Origin: Thecamonas trahens ATCC 50062
Taxonomy: Eukaryota; Protista; Apusomonadida
DNA length: 64,000 bases
Reading direction: 5' to 3'
Assembly (NCBI RefSeq): GCF_000142905.1
Contig: NW_013657678.1
Location: 62,001-126,000 of the forward strand
Made by a program: the position numbers and the translations under genes. Under the pieces are notes generated by a model. It ran no database searches. It saw only the letters and a program-made list of their open reading frames with translations, and had not been told where the DNA came from. This document shows, piece after piece, positions 30,176 to 41,259 of the stretch; within the stretch, counting starts at the first letter, position 1, and each line of letters begins with the position of its first letter.

Positions 30176-30283
30176 GCCAACTTGCTCTGCTGCGCGACTA
30201 TGTCGGCTACGAACAGGCGCAAGGCATGTAAACAAGGCTATGTGTGGGTGGTGTGTGTTTGTGCTCAAACAAGGCGGCTGCAT

Positions 30284-30526
30284 CTACTCGTTCTCCGACT
30301 CCTTGATGAACGGAAGCTCATCAAAGGTGTGGAAGTTGGGCGGCGAGGGCACAACCCACTCGAGCGAGTCGTGGCAGTTGGCAATGTCGACCTTGACCAC
30401 CGGCGCATCAGCCTTGGCCTGGCCAGCCTCGGCGGCGTAGCCGCGGACAGCGAGGGCAGCCACGCGGACCGCCGGGGCGGCAGCCCACATCGACGGAGCA
30501 ACAGCCATGCGCATCAGAGAAGCCAT
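30284..30526 (-). CDS. Nucleus-encoded Cox1 C-terminal fragment (Cox1-c) with mitochondrial presequence
   Basis: Ala/Arg-rich, acid-free N-terminus ending VRGY; then SLEWVVPSPPNFHTFDELPFIKE matching the Cox1 tail motif LEW..SPP..HTF.ELP. Confidence 0.85.
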   Translation of the reverse strand: MASLMRMAVAPSMWAAAPAVRVAALAVRGYAAEAGQAKADAPVVKVDIANCHDSLEWVVPSPPNFHTFDELPFIKESENE

Positions 30527-31101
30527 TATTGATCAGGTCTATCGCCCCCCTCCCGCCGTCCCATCATCCCATCGTCCCATCGTCCCATCGTCCCATCGTC
30601 CCCAATCACCCATGCCCGACCCGCACCGTCAGCCGTAAGTCCCATGCCGCGCCCATCCATGGCCACCGCTGCTGTTCTTCCTCCGCCTCCAACACCTCCC
30701 ACAACCCCTTCCCTCCTCCACACACACGCACCACCCCTACACACACCATCACTCTACCCAAATACCTCCCCCCCCCCTCCTCCCTCCCCTCCCCTCTTCG
30801 TTCCACTCCCCCCCCCCCCCCCTTCCTGCCCCCCCCCCTGCGGTGCGACACAAAAATTGGGCGCAGACGGTCGCCCACCACAGCCCTCCACCTCCCCACC
30901 CTCCCCACCCGCACCCGGCAGAGAAGGGCAACGGTGCAGCGAACGAGGAGTACGTGGTGGGAAGAGGAAATAAAGTAGTGGAGGACTGGATGTTGCTACG
31001 GGTGGTACATACATGAGTTGGGTGTGACCTTCTACTACACTTGGTGGCCCTGCTCTTCTTCCTGGCTGTCGTGGTTGGGAACAGCAGCCGCCCCGGGCTG
31101 A

Positions 31102-31190
31102 CCCGACCGACACAACAAACCGACCGACGCAACAAACCGACCGACGCAACAAACCGACCGACCGACGCAACCGACTGACCGACGCAACCG
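31102..31190. repeat. Intergenic 17-bp minisatellite
   Basis: ccgaccgacgcaacaaa x3 plus decayed copies. Confidence 0.85.
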
Positions 31191-31674
31191 CAAGGCGGGC
31201 GATAGTGGGTCAGTCTGTTGCTTGTAACTTGATCGATAACTCGGCGAGGTGTATTTCTGTTGGGATGTGCAGGAGGATGAGGGGGCGAGGAAAGCTATTG
31301 GCCTGTGAGTAGCTAGCTAGATGATCTTCTGCATCTGCATCTGCATCTGCATCGTCGAACGCGTCTCCCTTGGCAAGCGCAAGCCCCTTCTACACACCCC
31401 CCTCCCTTGACATCATGTCACCATCGCCCACCCCCACACGCATGCCCACTCCCCCATACACAATTAGATCTATCATGACAGTTGATCCCTCCGTAGCTAT
31501 GTGTGTGTGTGCGCGCGCGAGTGTGTGTGTATTGGGCCGCCTAGGGCCTCCGTCGGAAACGGCTCATTGTTGAGAGGCGGCGGCGGGGGCACGACGAGGC
31601 AGCCAGCCTGGGGAGGGGGGGTGGAGCGGTGTCTGGCTCGGCCACGGACCTTAGGCTGGCACTTGACTGACGTA

Positions 31675-32436
31675 ATGGGAAAGAAGGACGTACGGCCTGT
31701 GACGGAGATTCCCTTGGAGGAGCTGCCGGCAGTGGTACATGGCTACACCCCCGCAGAGCCCGAGTATTACCTCGAGCTAGAAAAGGTGCGCGAGGCCGAG
31801 GCCAAGGAGCGAAAGCGGCGACTGCGGGCAAGGCGGGTGATGCTGTCAGAGCGCAGGAGGGCTCGGGCGGCGCGGAGACGGAATCCTCGAGCCGACGTCG
31901 ATGAGGACTTGCTGGACAAGCCGTCGATCGAGACGTTTGAGGACCGCTTTGGCTACACATGCGCCACTTGCTGCATGACTCGCAAGCAGCGCAAGATTCG
32001 CAAGGAGCTGAACAAGCATGGTTGGCGCTTGCCGGGCGCTACCGATCCGGCCATTGCTGCCGGCTCGGCGACCGCCATTGCCGTTGATCCGTCAAAGTCA
32101 AAGGCCAAGGCCGAGTCCCGGGCAAGCCTCCGTCGCGAGCAGCGCAAGCGCAAGGGCAAGGGCAAAGGGACAGACCCGGCGGCGCTGCTGCCGGTGGGAG
32201 CCGCCGCCCGCGGCCGCGGCAAGCGCAAGGGGAAGGGAAAGGGCAAGGGAAAGAGCAAACTGCGCGATGAGGATCTTATTATCCGCAAGCCACGGAAGAG
32301 CAGTGCGCTCGCCGCCATGGACTCGGAAACCGCTGCCGAGCTCGGCTCTTCGTCGAGCTCATCGTCGAGCTCATCGTCGAGCTCCTCGGGCTCGTCATCG
32401 AGCTCGCGCGGAACGTCATCGAGCTCATCGTCGTGA
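31675..32436 (+). CDS. Basic (Lys/Arg-rich) hypothetical protein with a poly-Ser tail
   Basis: MGKKDVRPVTEIP...; CATCC; KGKGKG runs. Confidence 0.6.
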   Translation: MGKKDVRPVTEIPLEELPAVVHGYTPAEPEYYLELEKVREAEAKERKRRLRARRVMLSERRRARAARRRNPRADVDEDLLDKPSIETFEDRFGYTCATCCMTRKQRKIRKELNKHGWRLPGATDPAIAAGSATAIAVDPSKSKAKAESRASLRREQRKRKGKGKGTDPAALLPVGAAARGRGKRKGKGKGKGKSKLRDEDLIIRKPRKSSALAAMDSETAAELGSSSSSSSSSSSSSSGSSSSSRGTSSSSSS

Positions 32437-32517
32437 GCCACCACCCTGTGAACCCCCGTTCCCACCGCGTCGGCGCAGTCTCCGAGGGCCTGCCCCGGCT
32501 GGCGCGGAGCCCTGCCA

Positions 32518-32859
32518 NNNNNNNNNNNNNNNNNNNNNNNNNNNNNNNNNNNNNNNNNNNNNNNNNNNNNNNNNNNNNNNNNNNNNNNNNNNNNNNNNNN
32601 NNNNNNNNNNNNNNNNNNNNNNNNNNNNNNNNNNNNNNNNNNNNNNNNNNNNNNNNNNNNNNNNNNNNNNNNNNNNNNNNNNNNNNNNNNNNNNNNNNNN
32701 NNNNNNNNNNNNNNNNNNNNNNNNNNNNNNNNNNNNNNNNNNNNNNNNNNNNNNNNNNNNNNNNNNNNNNNNNNNNNNNNNNNNNNNNNNNNNNNNNNNN
32801 NNNNNNNNNNNNNNNNNNNNNNNNNNNNNNNNNNNNNNNNNNNNNNNNNNNNNNNNNNN
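32518..32859. other. Assembly gap
   Basis: N run. Confidence 1.
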
Positions 32860-34422
32860 TGCCGCCGACCGCAGGCGGGGCAGAGGGCACCGTGTCGCGC
32901 GCTGCGGCCACCCTGTGACGCTGCGCCGCATCGGCAGACGCCGGCCGCCGCCTCCGGCTCGGCCCCTCCATGTCTGCACCTTGGCCTGGACGTGCGCGTA
33001 TCGCTGCGACGCCGACGCCGCCCGCCGCCGCCCGCGCACCGAGCCTGCAGAGCCTGGCCGCGTCGTTCGCGGCTTGACGCCGACCACCGCCAGCGAGAGT
33101 GCAGACTCGCTCGGCTGAGTAAACGTCGAGCCCGAGGCCCGGAACTGGAAGCCTGGCCTGGGCGCCGTCCGCGCCGACGGCGCCGACGACGGCCGCGCCC
33201 GCCGCGACTGCCGGCCACCCTCGCTCCCGCTTCGTGCGCTCCCGCCTGCCGCCCGCCGCGACTTGTTGCGCTTGGAGAGGTGCGCCCGGACCGCTCGCGA
33301 CCTGCGGAGCGATGCCGACGCCGACGACCCACGTAGTCCGGGCCCTGCGCTCACCTTGCCCTCGCCAATGACAAACGTCTGGTTGGAGAGGTCGGAAAAG
33401 GTGACGCACTTGCGCGGCGCGGTCGACGGCCGCCCTGTCGCTCGCTGCCGCTCGCTCGCGGTACTGGCTGAGCCACCACGCCCGCCCGCCGTTTCCAACG
33501 CCTCGATCACTCGCCGAACTTGCAGCCGCTGGACGGCTGTCTGCGGCGAGCGCATGTCCTGCGGGTACACGCGGGTGTCGTGCGCGTACTGGACCCATTC
33601 TTCGGCCTGTGGTGCAGAGAGCCCGTATCGCAGCGCAAGCAAGATACAGGCGATGGTGCCAGTTCGGCCGTGCCCACCCCAGCAGTGGATGTAGAGCACG
33701 TCCCCGGCGAGGACCCGCTCGTGTAGATGCCGTGCAAAGTGCTGAACGTCAGCGTCATCAGCGACGCCGCAGTCCGGGATGGGAAAGTAGAGAAACGCTG
33801 CGTCGTTCTGTGTCAGCCCTAGCTCTGGTTCCATCAGCAGTGCCCGCGCGTCATCGATGTACGGCCGGATAGCCGTCCCGCTCCGCCAAGCATCAGGGTC
33901 GGCATACGGGTCAATCTCGTCTTGCAGGCACACAAACGCGGTCACGCCCGTCTGTAGAATGGCCAGCAGCTGTTCGCGATGAACATGGTCATCGAGCGAG
34001 CCCGGATAAGCCCCGAGCAGCACCGTGCCCGGAATCAACCAGTTGGAGTAATCGGTCGGCCCTCGCAGCGCGCTCTTTGACGGAATCCGCACCTTCCTTG
34101 CACTCTCTCCTGCCGCCGCCACCTCGCCAGCTTCGCCAGCAGTAACAGTACTACCAGCACCAACAACGCCACTCTCGTCCAAGGCGCCTGCGCCTGTGCC
34201 TGCCGGACTATGCGGAGCAGGACGGCCCAAGACCGAGGAGCCACCGGCCGTACAGCGACTACGAGCCTGACCCCGACCATGATCACTAGCTACCAACCCG
34301 TCGTCGCCCATACTGCTTGTGTCGTCATGATGTAGCAATGATGCACCCCTCTGCGAGGCTGTGAAGAACAAGACAGGCGAGTCGGTAGCCCTGGCCCCAG
34401 CCGACCTCCTCTCCGGCTCCAT
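32860..34422 (-). CDS. Cys-based (dual-specificity/PTP-like) phosphatase; 3' end lost in the gap
   Basis: RGPTDYSNWLIPG..GAYP, FPIPDC, LYIHCWGGHGRTG (CX5R), SPQT..Q. Confidence 0.88.
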
Positions 34423-34792
34423 GTCCAGGGCGTGTAAGGAGGGGGGGGGGGGGGGGGAGGGGGGAGGTGGAGAGGTGGAGTGTACAGAGGGTAGAGGGTG
34501 GAGGGAGGGTGGAGGGAGGGAGGAGGGAGGGGGGGAGGTAGTGGGGTATGTGACCGTGTGTAGTACCTGGTGGTAGCCGTGGTGGTGGTAGCCGTGGTGG
34601 CAGCCGTCCTCGTGGTTGATGTTGGTCGGGCGGGTACGTATCATGGGCTTGATGACATGGAAACATGGAACGACCAAGGGATGAGAGGAGGGGAATGATC
34701 ATACTCATGGTCGGCGTGATGACAGATGGCATTGGTGTACATGTCCTTGGCCGAGCCAGGAGAGACAGTGCCAGGACGGCGAACCTGACTGA

Positions 34793-34912
34793 GACCACCG
34801 ACACGAGCAGGACCACCGACACGAGCAGGACCACCGACACGAGCAGGACCACCGACACGAGCAGGACCACCGACACGAGCAGGACCACCGACACGAGCAG
34901 GACCACCGACAC
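34793..34912. repeat. Perfect 18-bp tandem repeat, 6.6 copies
   Basis: gaccaccgacacgagcag, no spacers. Confidence 0.95.
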
Positions 34913-35209
34913 ACTGCACTACACCACACACGCCACATACATACCCTCTCATCCTACTTACCCCCTGCCCCTACCCCCCCCTACCCCTACCACTACCCGC
35001 GCACTCCCACCAGACACCAACCTGCACCTGAGGAACCTTCTCATTGTGTGGCACTGCTCTCGCTCAATCTCGCACACGCACACGCTCACTCTCGCTCTCG
35101 CTCCATCACTCTCGCTCTCGCCCACGCCCACGCCCACGCCCACGCCCACGCCCACGCCCACGCGCTTGCTCACACCCACGCTCGGTTAATCAATCACACG
35201 GACAAGATC

Positions 35210-36607
35210 ATGGCGTCGATGTCGCGGAGACTGGACTACGTCGATGAAAAGTACGGCGATGGCTCGTCTTTTGAAGGCACGGTGCTGCAGGCGACCGGCG
35301 AGCGCCACGGCCACGGCTTCCTGGAGATGCGCAGCGGTGAGTCATACGCTGGCACCTTTAAGCGGAACAAGTACCACGGCATGGGCAAATACGCCTACGC
35401 TGATGGTGCTCGGTATGTCGGCGAGTGGTCGCTCGGCGCGCCGCATGGCCACGGCGTGCTGACTCTGCCCGATGGCGGCCGCTACGATGGCGAGTTTACC
35501 CAGGGCGCCCGCTGCGGCGAGGGAACCTTCCGTGCGGCCTCTGGCTCGGTCTACACCGGCACTTTTGCCGACGACGTGCCGTCGGGCCACGGCACCGCAA
35601 CCTATCCGGACGGCTCGGTCTACACCGGATCGTGGCTCGCCGGTGCCATGCACGGGCGCGGGACGTATGTCTTTGCCGACGGCACGATCTACATTGGCGA
35701 GTTCGAGGCCGGCGTCATGGCCGGTGAGGGAAAGACCCGCTACGCCTCAGACGACCGTGTTCACTCTGGCAGCTACGCAGCCAACAAGCCCAACGGTCGC
35801 GGATCCATCGCCTACATCGACGGCCGCAAGTACGTCGGCGACGTCCGCGACGGTCGGCCTCACGGTCACGGCGTCTTCTACTGGCCAGACGGCGCTTCAT
35901 ACGACGGTCAGTGGGCCGACGGCCTGCAGCACGGCGAGGGCGTCTTCGCTTCGGCGCTCGGCAAGTCGTACACCGTCCAATGGTCGTCCGGCCGCGTCGT
36001 CCACGATCCCAACCCGGGCTCGGACGCCTTCCGCTACGCTGCCGCTGTCGACGCGCACCTCTACTCGGCCCCGATGCCCTCGACACCCGCCACCAAGCGC
36101 GTGCCTGGTACTCCGGCCAGCCAGAACTCTCCGTCGCGCCGCGAGAGCGATGATCGTGTCGTGCCCAGCAGTGCACCCGCCGCCGCCTCGCACCCGCCGC
36201 CGCCGTCTTCGCCTGCCGCCGCCGCCGCCTCACCGTCGCGCCGCCACGTCAGCTTTGCCTCACCGCAGCAGCAAGAAGAGACTCGCCCCAGCAGCAGCAG
36301 CGACGTCCATCGGCAGAGCCCTTCACGCGCGCCGCCCCAGGCGCAGGAGCTCACGCCCCCCTGCCGCGCTGCGCTCGCCAAGTTTGCCGAGCGGCCCGGC
36401 ATCGCCGACGTCATTCATTCGTACGATACCAGCGGCTCCGGTACGCTCACTTTTCCTCAGCTCCGCCAAGTCGCCCGCAAAATGCAGGTCCGCCTCACCG
36501 GTGAAGAGTCGGACGCACTCCGCTCAGCCTTTGCCGTCTCAGACTCGACCATCGACGCCAACGCCGTCGCCGCCGCCGTCGCCTCCATCGTCGCTGCCCT
36601 TCAGTAA
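35210..36607 (+). CDS. MORN-repeat protein with a C-terminal EF-hand-like motif
   Basis: About 10 YxGxW/F..HG.G repeats; YDTSGSGTLTF. Confidence 0.9.
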   Translation: MASMSRRLDYVDEKYGDGSSFEGTVLQATGERHGHGFLEMRSGESYAGTFKRNKYHGMGKYAYADGARYVGEWSLGAPHGHGVLTLPDGGRYDGEFTQGARCGEGTFRAASGSVYTGTFADDVPSGHGTATYPDGSVYTGSWLAGAMHGRGTYVFADGTIYIGEFEAGVMAGEGKTRYASDDRVHSGSYAANKPNGRGSIAYIDGRKYVGDVRDGRPHGHGVFYWPDGASYDGQWADGLQHGEGVFASALGKSYTVQWSSGRVVHDPNPGSDAFRYAAAVDAHLYSAPMPSTPATKRVPGTPASQNSPSRRESDDRVVPSSAPAAASHPPPPSSPAAAAASPSRRHVSFASPQQQEETRPSSSSDVHRQSPSRAPPQAQELTPPCRAALAKFAERPGIADVIHSYDTSGSGTLTFPQLRQVARKMQVRLTGEESDALRSAFAVSDSTIDANAVAAAVASIVAALQ

Positions 36608-36709
36608 TAACCAGCGCAAGCCACTGTCTTCCGGAACCATCGACTCCTATCATCGCTAGTAACAAGGCGCCCCCGCCTTGCGCGTCAGTGCTGCGAGTAC
36701 TTGTCTGCC

Positions 36710-37660
36710 ATGACCACCGTCGCCTTCCTCACCTACGCGGCCGATCCCGAGCTCAACAAGTCCGATGCCGCCATTGCGGCCGCACTCGCGGACTTCGACA
36801 TCGTCGTCGAGCCCGTGCCGTGGCGGGACCTTGCCTCTGCCTCCCCGCTGCCCGCCATGGCTGTCATCCGCTCCACCTGGGACTATCACCTGGCCGGCAC
36901 TGACGCGTTTGTCGCTGCGCTGACCTCGGCCGCCGTCCCGGTCTTCTCGCCGCCGGCGCTTGTGGTGTGGAACGCGAACAAGGCGCTCTACCTCCCCGCC
37001 CTTGCTGACGCGGGCGTGGCTATTGTGCCGACGGTGGTGGCCGAGGCGAGCATGACCCTGGCCGACGCTGTCGAGCAGCTCGGCACCGGCCTCCCGGTCG
37101 TGGCCAAGCCGGCGGTCTCGGCCTCGGCACGCAACACCTTCCGCATCGAGTCGCAGGACGATCTGGTGGCGGCGGCGGGAGTGGTCGACGCCGATCCGGC
37201 CGCCTATCTCGTCCAACCGTTTATGGACGAGATTGTGACTGCCGGCGAGTGGTCACTCGTCGCGTGTGACGATGTCGTCGCCTATGCTGCGGTCAAGACT
37301 CCCAAATCGGGCGACTTTCGGGTCCAGGAGGAGCACGGCGGCTCGACCTCGATCGTACTCTGCGACAATCTGCCCAACGGCCTCGTCGACGCCGCGCACC
37401 GCGTTCTCGCGGCAGCCCATGCCGCCTCGGGCGTCGCCGATCCGTTCCTCTACGCACGCATCGACGGCGTTGTCTCGGCCGAGACCGGCGAGTTCATTCT
37501 CATGGAGCTCGAGCTCATCGAGCCGTACCTCTTTGTTGCTGAAGCTGCCGCCGCTCAATCCGCCGCCCCCACCCCCGTCCCCGCCCATCAATCTGCGCCC
37601 GCTGTCTTTGCCGCCGCCATCGCCGCCCGCCTGGGTGCCCATGATGCCGCCGCCCTCTAA
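36710..37660 (+). CDS. Bacterial-type ATP-grasp ligase (glutathione synthetase/RimK/DcsG-like family)
   Basis: IRSTWDY, WNANK.YL, VAKPAVSASA, LVQPF..I...GEWSL, DFRVQEEHGG, YARID, MELELIEP. Confidence 0.85.
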   Translation: MTTVAFLTYAADPELNKSDAAIAAALADFDIVVEPVPWRDLASASPLPAMAVIRSTWDYHLAGTDAFVAALTSAAVPVFSPPALVVWNANKALYLPALADAGVAIVPTVVAEASMTLADAVEQLGTGLPVVAKPAVSASARNTFRIESQDDLVAAAGVVDADPAAYLVQPFMDEIVTAGEWSLVACDDVVAYAAVKTPKSGDFRVQEEHGGSTSIVLCDNLPNGLVDAAHRVLAAAHAASGVADPFLYARIDGVVSAETGEFILMELELIEPYLFVAEAAAAQSAAPTPVPAHQSAPAVFAAAIAARLGAHDAAAL

Positions 37661-37752
37661 CCGCAGGCCATGGCCTACCTCGGAGGCCGTGTGTTAGTCC
37701 GATCGTCGCCGACTCGTCCGCCACGCGCACCTGCTCGCACTTCACTCGAGCC

Positions 37753-39050
37753 ATGTTTGCGCTCCGCACCTGCGCCCGATCATGGACGAGCGCGGTGGTC
37801 GGCCTGCCGCGCCTGCCACCACATGCTCTGGTAAACGCATTCGCACGCTCGGTCCGCAGGCAACACTCTGAATCGCGGGTACGTGGCCTACCAGTGCGCT
37901 CAGACCACGGTCCGGTATGAGCTCGTGGGGCGGTGGCGGGTGAGCCGCCAACGGTCGGTGCATGCACCGCCCAACGGACTTTTTTCGCAATTTGTCGTTG
38001 CTTCCCCTCCTCGACCTGCCCAGGCACACATGCCACTCACAATCAATCGGTACATGTGTCGGTGACAGGATCAGTCGGACCTCTCGTCTGGTGCCCGGCT
38101 GACGCGAGGAGTCGAGGCCGAAGCGTTGCTGGCTGCCGAGGTGACAGCGTGCGAGGAGCTGGCATGTCCGGCGTGCGCGGCGAGCCTCAGTCTGGCGTCG
38201 TCGACGGCGGTCTTTCCGGACGTCGACGAGTTTGGTCTCCTTCACTGTCGGTCGTGTGTGGACGGCGGCGGCCAAGGGAGCATGCCGCTAGTGTACTGCG
38301 TTCCGCTTGAGAGCCGCAATGGGTCAGATGCCGCGGCGGTGGCAGCGGCGGAGGCCAGGCTGCGCGCCGAGTTCAAGGCGCTCGTCGAGCACGAAGGCGG
38401 GCCGTCGGCATCGCGGCACACGGCGTGGAATCCGCACGAGCTGGCCAAGGCCGCAGATGCGCCCGCCCAGCCTAGTGCTGCCGAGCGACGCTCGATCATG
38501 CAAGTTGTGCCGCCGGCAGAGCTAGTGGCCACCCTCGACGAGTACGTTGTGGGTCAGGCTCACGCCAAGCGGGTCCTCTCGGTCGCTATCTTTAACCACT
38601 TCCAGCGGCTGGCCATGCTGGAAACGCGCAAAAGCGGGAATAGCGATGGCGGCGTGGAGACCGTGGTCGAAAAGTCCAACGTACTCCTGGTCGGGCCGAC
38701 CGGATCGGGCAAGACGCTGCTGGCGTCCAAGCTGGCGCAGCTGATTGACGTGCCTTTTGTGGTTGCAGACGCGACGTCGCTGACCGAGTCGGGCTATGTC
38801 GGCGACGACGTCGAGTCGGTGCTCACCAAGCTCCTCGCCAACTGCAACTACGACGTGGCCGCAGCGCAGCGCGGCGTGGTGTACATCGACGAGATCGACA
38901 AGATCGCGGTCAAGGCCCAGTCGCGGTCAATCACCCGCGACGTGTCCGGCGAAGGTGTTCAGCAGGCGCTGCTCAAAATGCTGGAGGGGACCCAGGTCCT
39001 CGTCCCGCCGTCGGGTGGGCGCAAGCACCCAAACCAGGAAATGATTCCGC

Positions 39051-39081
<31 letters not shown>

Positions 39082-39664
39082 TGGCTCGTTCCAAGGCCTC
39101 TCCACACTTGTCCGCGACCGACTCGGCGAGCACGCCGCTGGTCAAAGCTCATCGATCGGCTTTGGAGTGCCGGCAAGCCAGCTGGCGGCTGGCAGTTCCG
39201 GCCGTCGCGCCTCGGCTGACGATGAGGCCCACGCCGCGCTGCACCTGCTACAGCACACGACGTCGCAGGATCTCGCCGAGTTTGGCCTCATTCCCGAGAT
39301 GCTCGGACGGCTGCCGATCATTGCGCCGCTGCATGAGCTCTCGCGCGACGACCTCGTCGCTGTCCTCACCTCGCCGCGCAACGCGCTCACCAAGCAATAC
39401 GCGCAGCTCTTCAGCACCTACTCGAAGGCCGGGGTGGACCTGGTCTTTGACGATGCAGCGCTCGATGCTGTCGCCGACGAAGCCATTGCCGGGCGGACGG
39501 GTGCTCGCGGCCTCCGGTCGATCCTGGAGCGAACGCTCCTCGACGCCATGTTTGAGGTCCCGAGCACGCCGGGCGTACTTGTGGCGCGGGTGAGTCGCGA
39601 CGCAGTGCGCGGCGATGCCAGCGTCGCGCTCGAGCTCGCCGATGACAGCAAGGCCGTGGCATGA
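37753..39664 (+). CDS. CLPX: Mitochondrial ClpX; exons 37753-37878 and 38069-39664
   Basis: Presequence-like exon 1; phase-0 GTACGT...GACAG intron; CPAC..CRSC; GPTGSGKT; YIDEIDKI; [14 protein letters not shown]; IGF loop; TGARGLR. Confidence 0.92.
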
Positions 39665-39796
39665 GATCTTCTTTTCTTTAGAGGCCGGCGCCGACAACGA
39701 CCGCCGGCGAAACGAGGGGAGGGGTAGGAAGCACACGGCACACACAAGCAGCGTGCGGCGACGTGCACAGCCGGAGACCAGATGAGCACGCGCTGC

Positions 39797-40740
39797 TCAC
39801 TGCTTCTGAACCGGCAGGAAGAGCTTAAAGTCGGAGGGCAGCTCGTCTTCCGAGTACAGGCGATCGGAAAAGTAGATTCGGCGGATGCGGCAGTTGGCGT
39901 GGAGCTGGACCCGCTGCGTCTCGATGTAGTTTGTGCCGTAGGCGCGACGGCAAAAGTCTGCAAGGTTGAACTGGATCTGGTTCCACCCCTCGTCGAGCTT
40001 CATGGGCATGGTGCAGATGAACGGCTTGATGCGGGTGGTCGTCTGGTAGTTAGACGCCCGGAACCGCCGGCGCACGTTCTTGTCGTCAAGGATGGTGATC
40101 TCAAAGGTAAAGTACTTCTTGAGGTTCTTGACGATCATGATGATGAACGGAAGCTTGATGCCGAGCGTCTGTTTCTTGGCCGCCGGGCAGGTGATGTAGT
40201 TGGTCGACACGTTGGTGCCGATGATCTCGATGACCGACGACAGGATGTCATTGTCGGTGATCCGCTTGATGTGCCCATTGCGGACCTTCGAGTCCCAGAT
40301 CCGCAGCGGCTTGGACCTACCCACCAACCCCGTGTCACATACATGCTCACTCCGCGTGAGTCGCCCTCTCCCATCATCCTCGGCCTCGGCTCTGCCGCTC
40401 GCCGACCGACCAACGGCTGGCGAGCCGACGCAGACACAGTCCGAGCCCACTGCACGACCACGCATGCACATGCTGTCACCACCCACATCACAACAAAGCG
40501 CACAGGTTTCTCTGTCTCGCTACTGCATGAAAAACTCTCTTTCTCGTAGTCTCCTTGTGGGGAGTGGGGGAAGTCGGCCGGCTGCCTCTCGGCAACCGCC
40601 AATTTTTGGAGGCGCGGGCGACGGCAGCCGACCTCTGTGGCACTGCCTCAGCCACCAAAGGGAGGTGTAGGGCGTGGCGCGACGTACCCGATAGAGTAGA
40701 GGATGGAGAGGAACCCGCTCTGGAAAGTGTTCTTGAACAT
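39797..40740 (-). CDS. CFAP20: CFAP20/BUG22; exons 40740-40688 and 40316-39797
   Basis: [18 protein letters not shown]|[34 protein letters not shown]; GTACGT..GTAG intron. Confidence 0.97.
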
Positions 40741-40840
40741 GGTGGATGCACGAGACGGGTTGCCCGCCTCCCCCGCCCACCGCCCTCCCCACCGCCCGCC
40801 CACCGCCCGCCATCGGTTTGGAGCCAGTTGGCGCTGAGCC

Positions 40841-41062
40841 GTTCGTTCGTCTGTTCGTTGAATCGTTCGTTCGTTCGTTCGTTCGTTCGTTCGTTCGTTC
40901 GTTCGTCTGTTCGTTAGTTCGTTCGTTTCATCGTTCGTTCGTTCGTTTCATCGTTAGTTCGTTCGTTCGTTCGTTCGTTCGTTCGTTCGTTCGTTCGTTC
41001 GTTCGTTCGTTTCATCGTTCGTTCGTTCGTTTCATCGTTCGTTCGTGTCATCGTTTGTTCGA
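40841..41062. repeat. (GTTC)n microsatellite with recurring TTTCATC interruptions
   Basis: Directly visible between divergent CFAP20 and IST1. Confidence 0.95.
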
Positions 41063-41259
41063 CCGACAGGAAGGCGAGGGGTCGGGTCGCACATGCGGTT
41101 TGGAGTCATTCGGCTTCCACGTTTGCGAAGAGAGCGACAGCGACAGGCAAGACAGGGGGGAGGGGGGGAGAGGGGGGGGGGGGGGAGGGGGGGGGGCAGA
41201 GGAAAAGACACCTCACTTTGACCACGGAACAGACCAGGTTACGGAAGGAATTGGTGGAG

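Noticed and set aside
32425-32436. Overlap between the PTP gene end and the Lys-rich gene
   Set aside because: The PTP frame downstream of the gap cannot be determined.
34793-34912. Possible CRISPR array (also 31102-31190 and 24451-24510)
   Set aside because: Head-to-tail repeats without unique spacers, no cas genes, and a eukaryotic context.
40500-40640. Sm-site-like AATTTTTGG suggesting an snRNA or SL RNA in the CFAP20 intron
   Set aside because: No convincing U1/U2/U4/U5 sequence or stem-loops were recognised; a covariance-model search would be needed.
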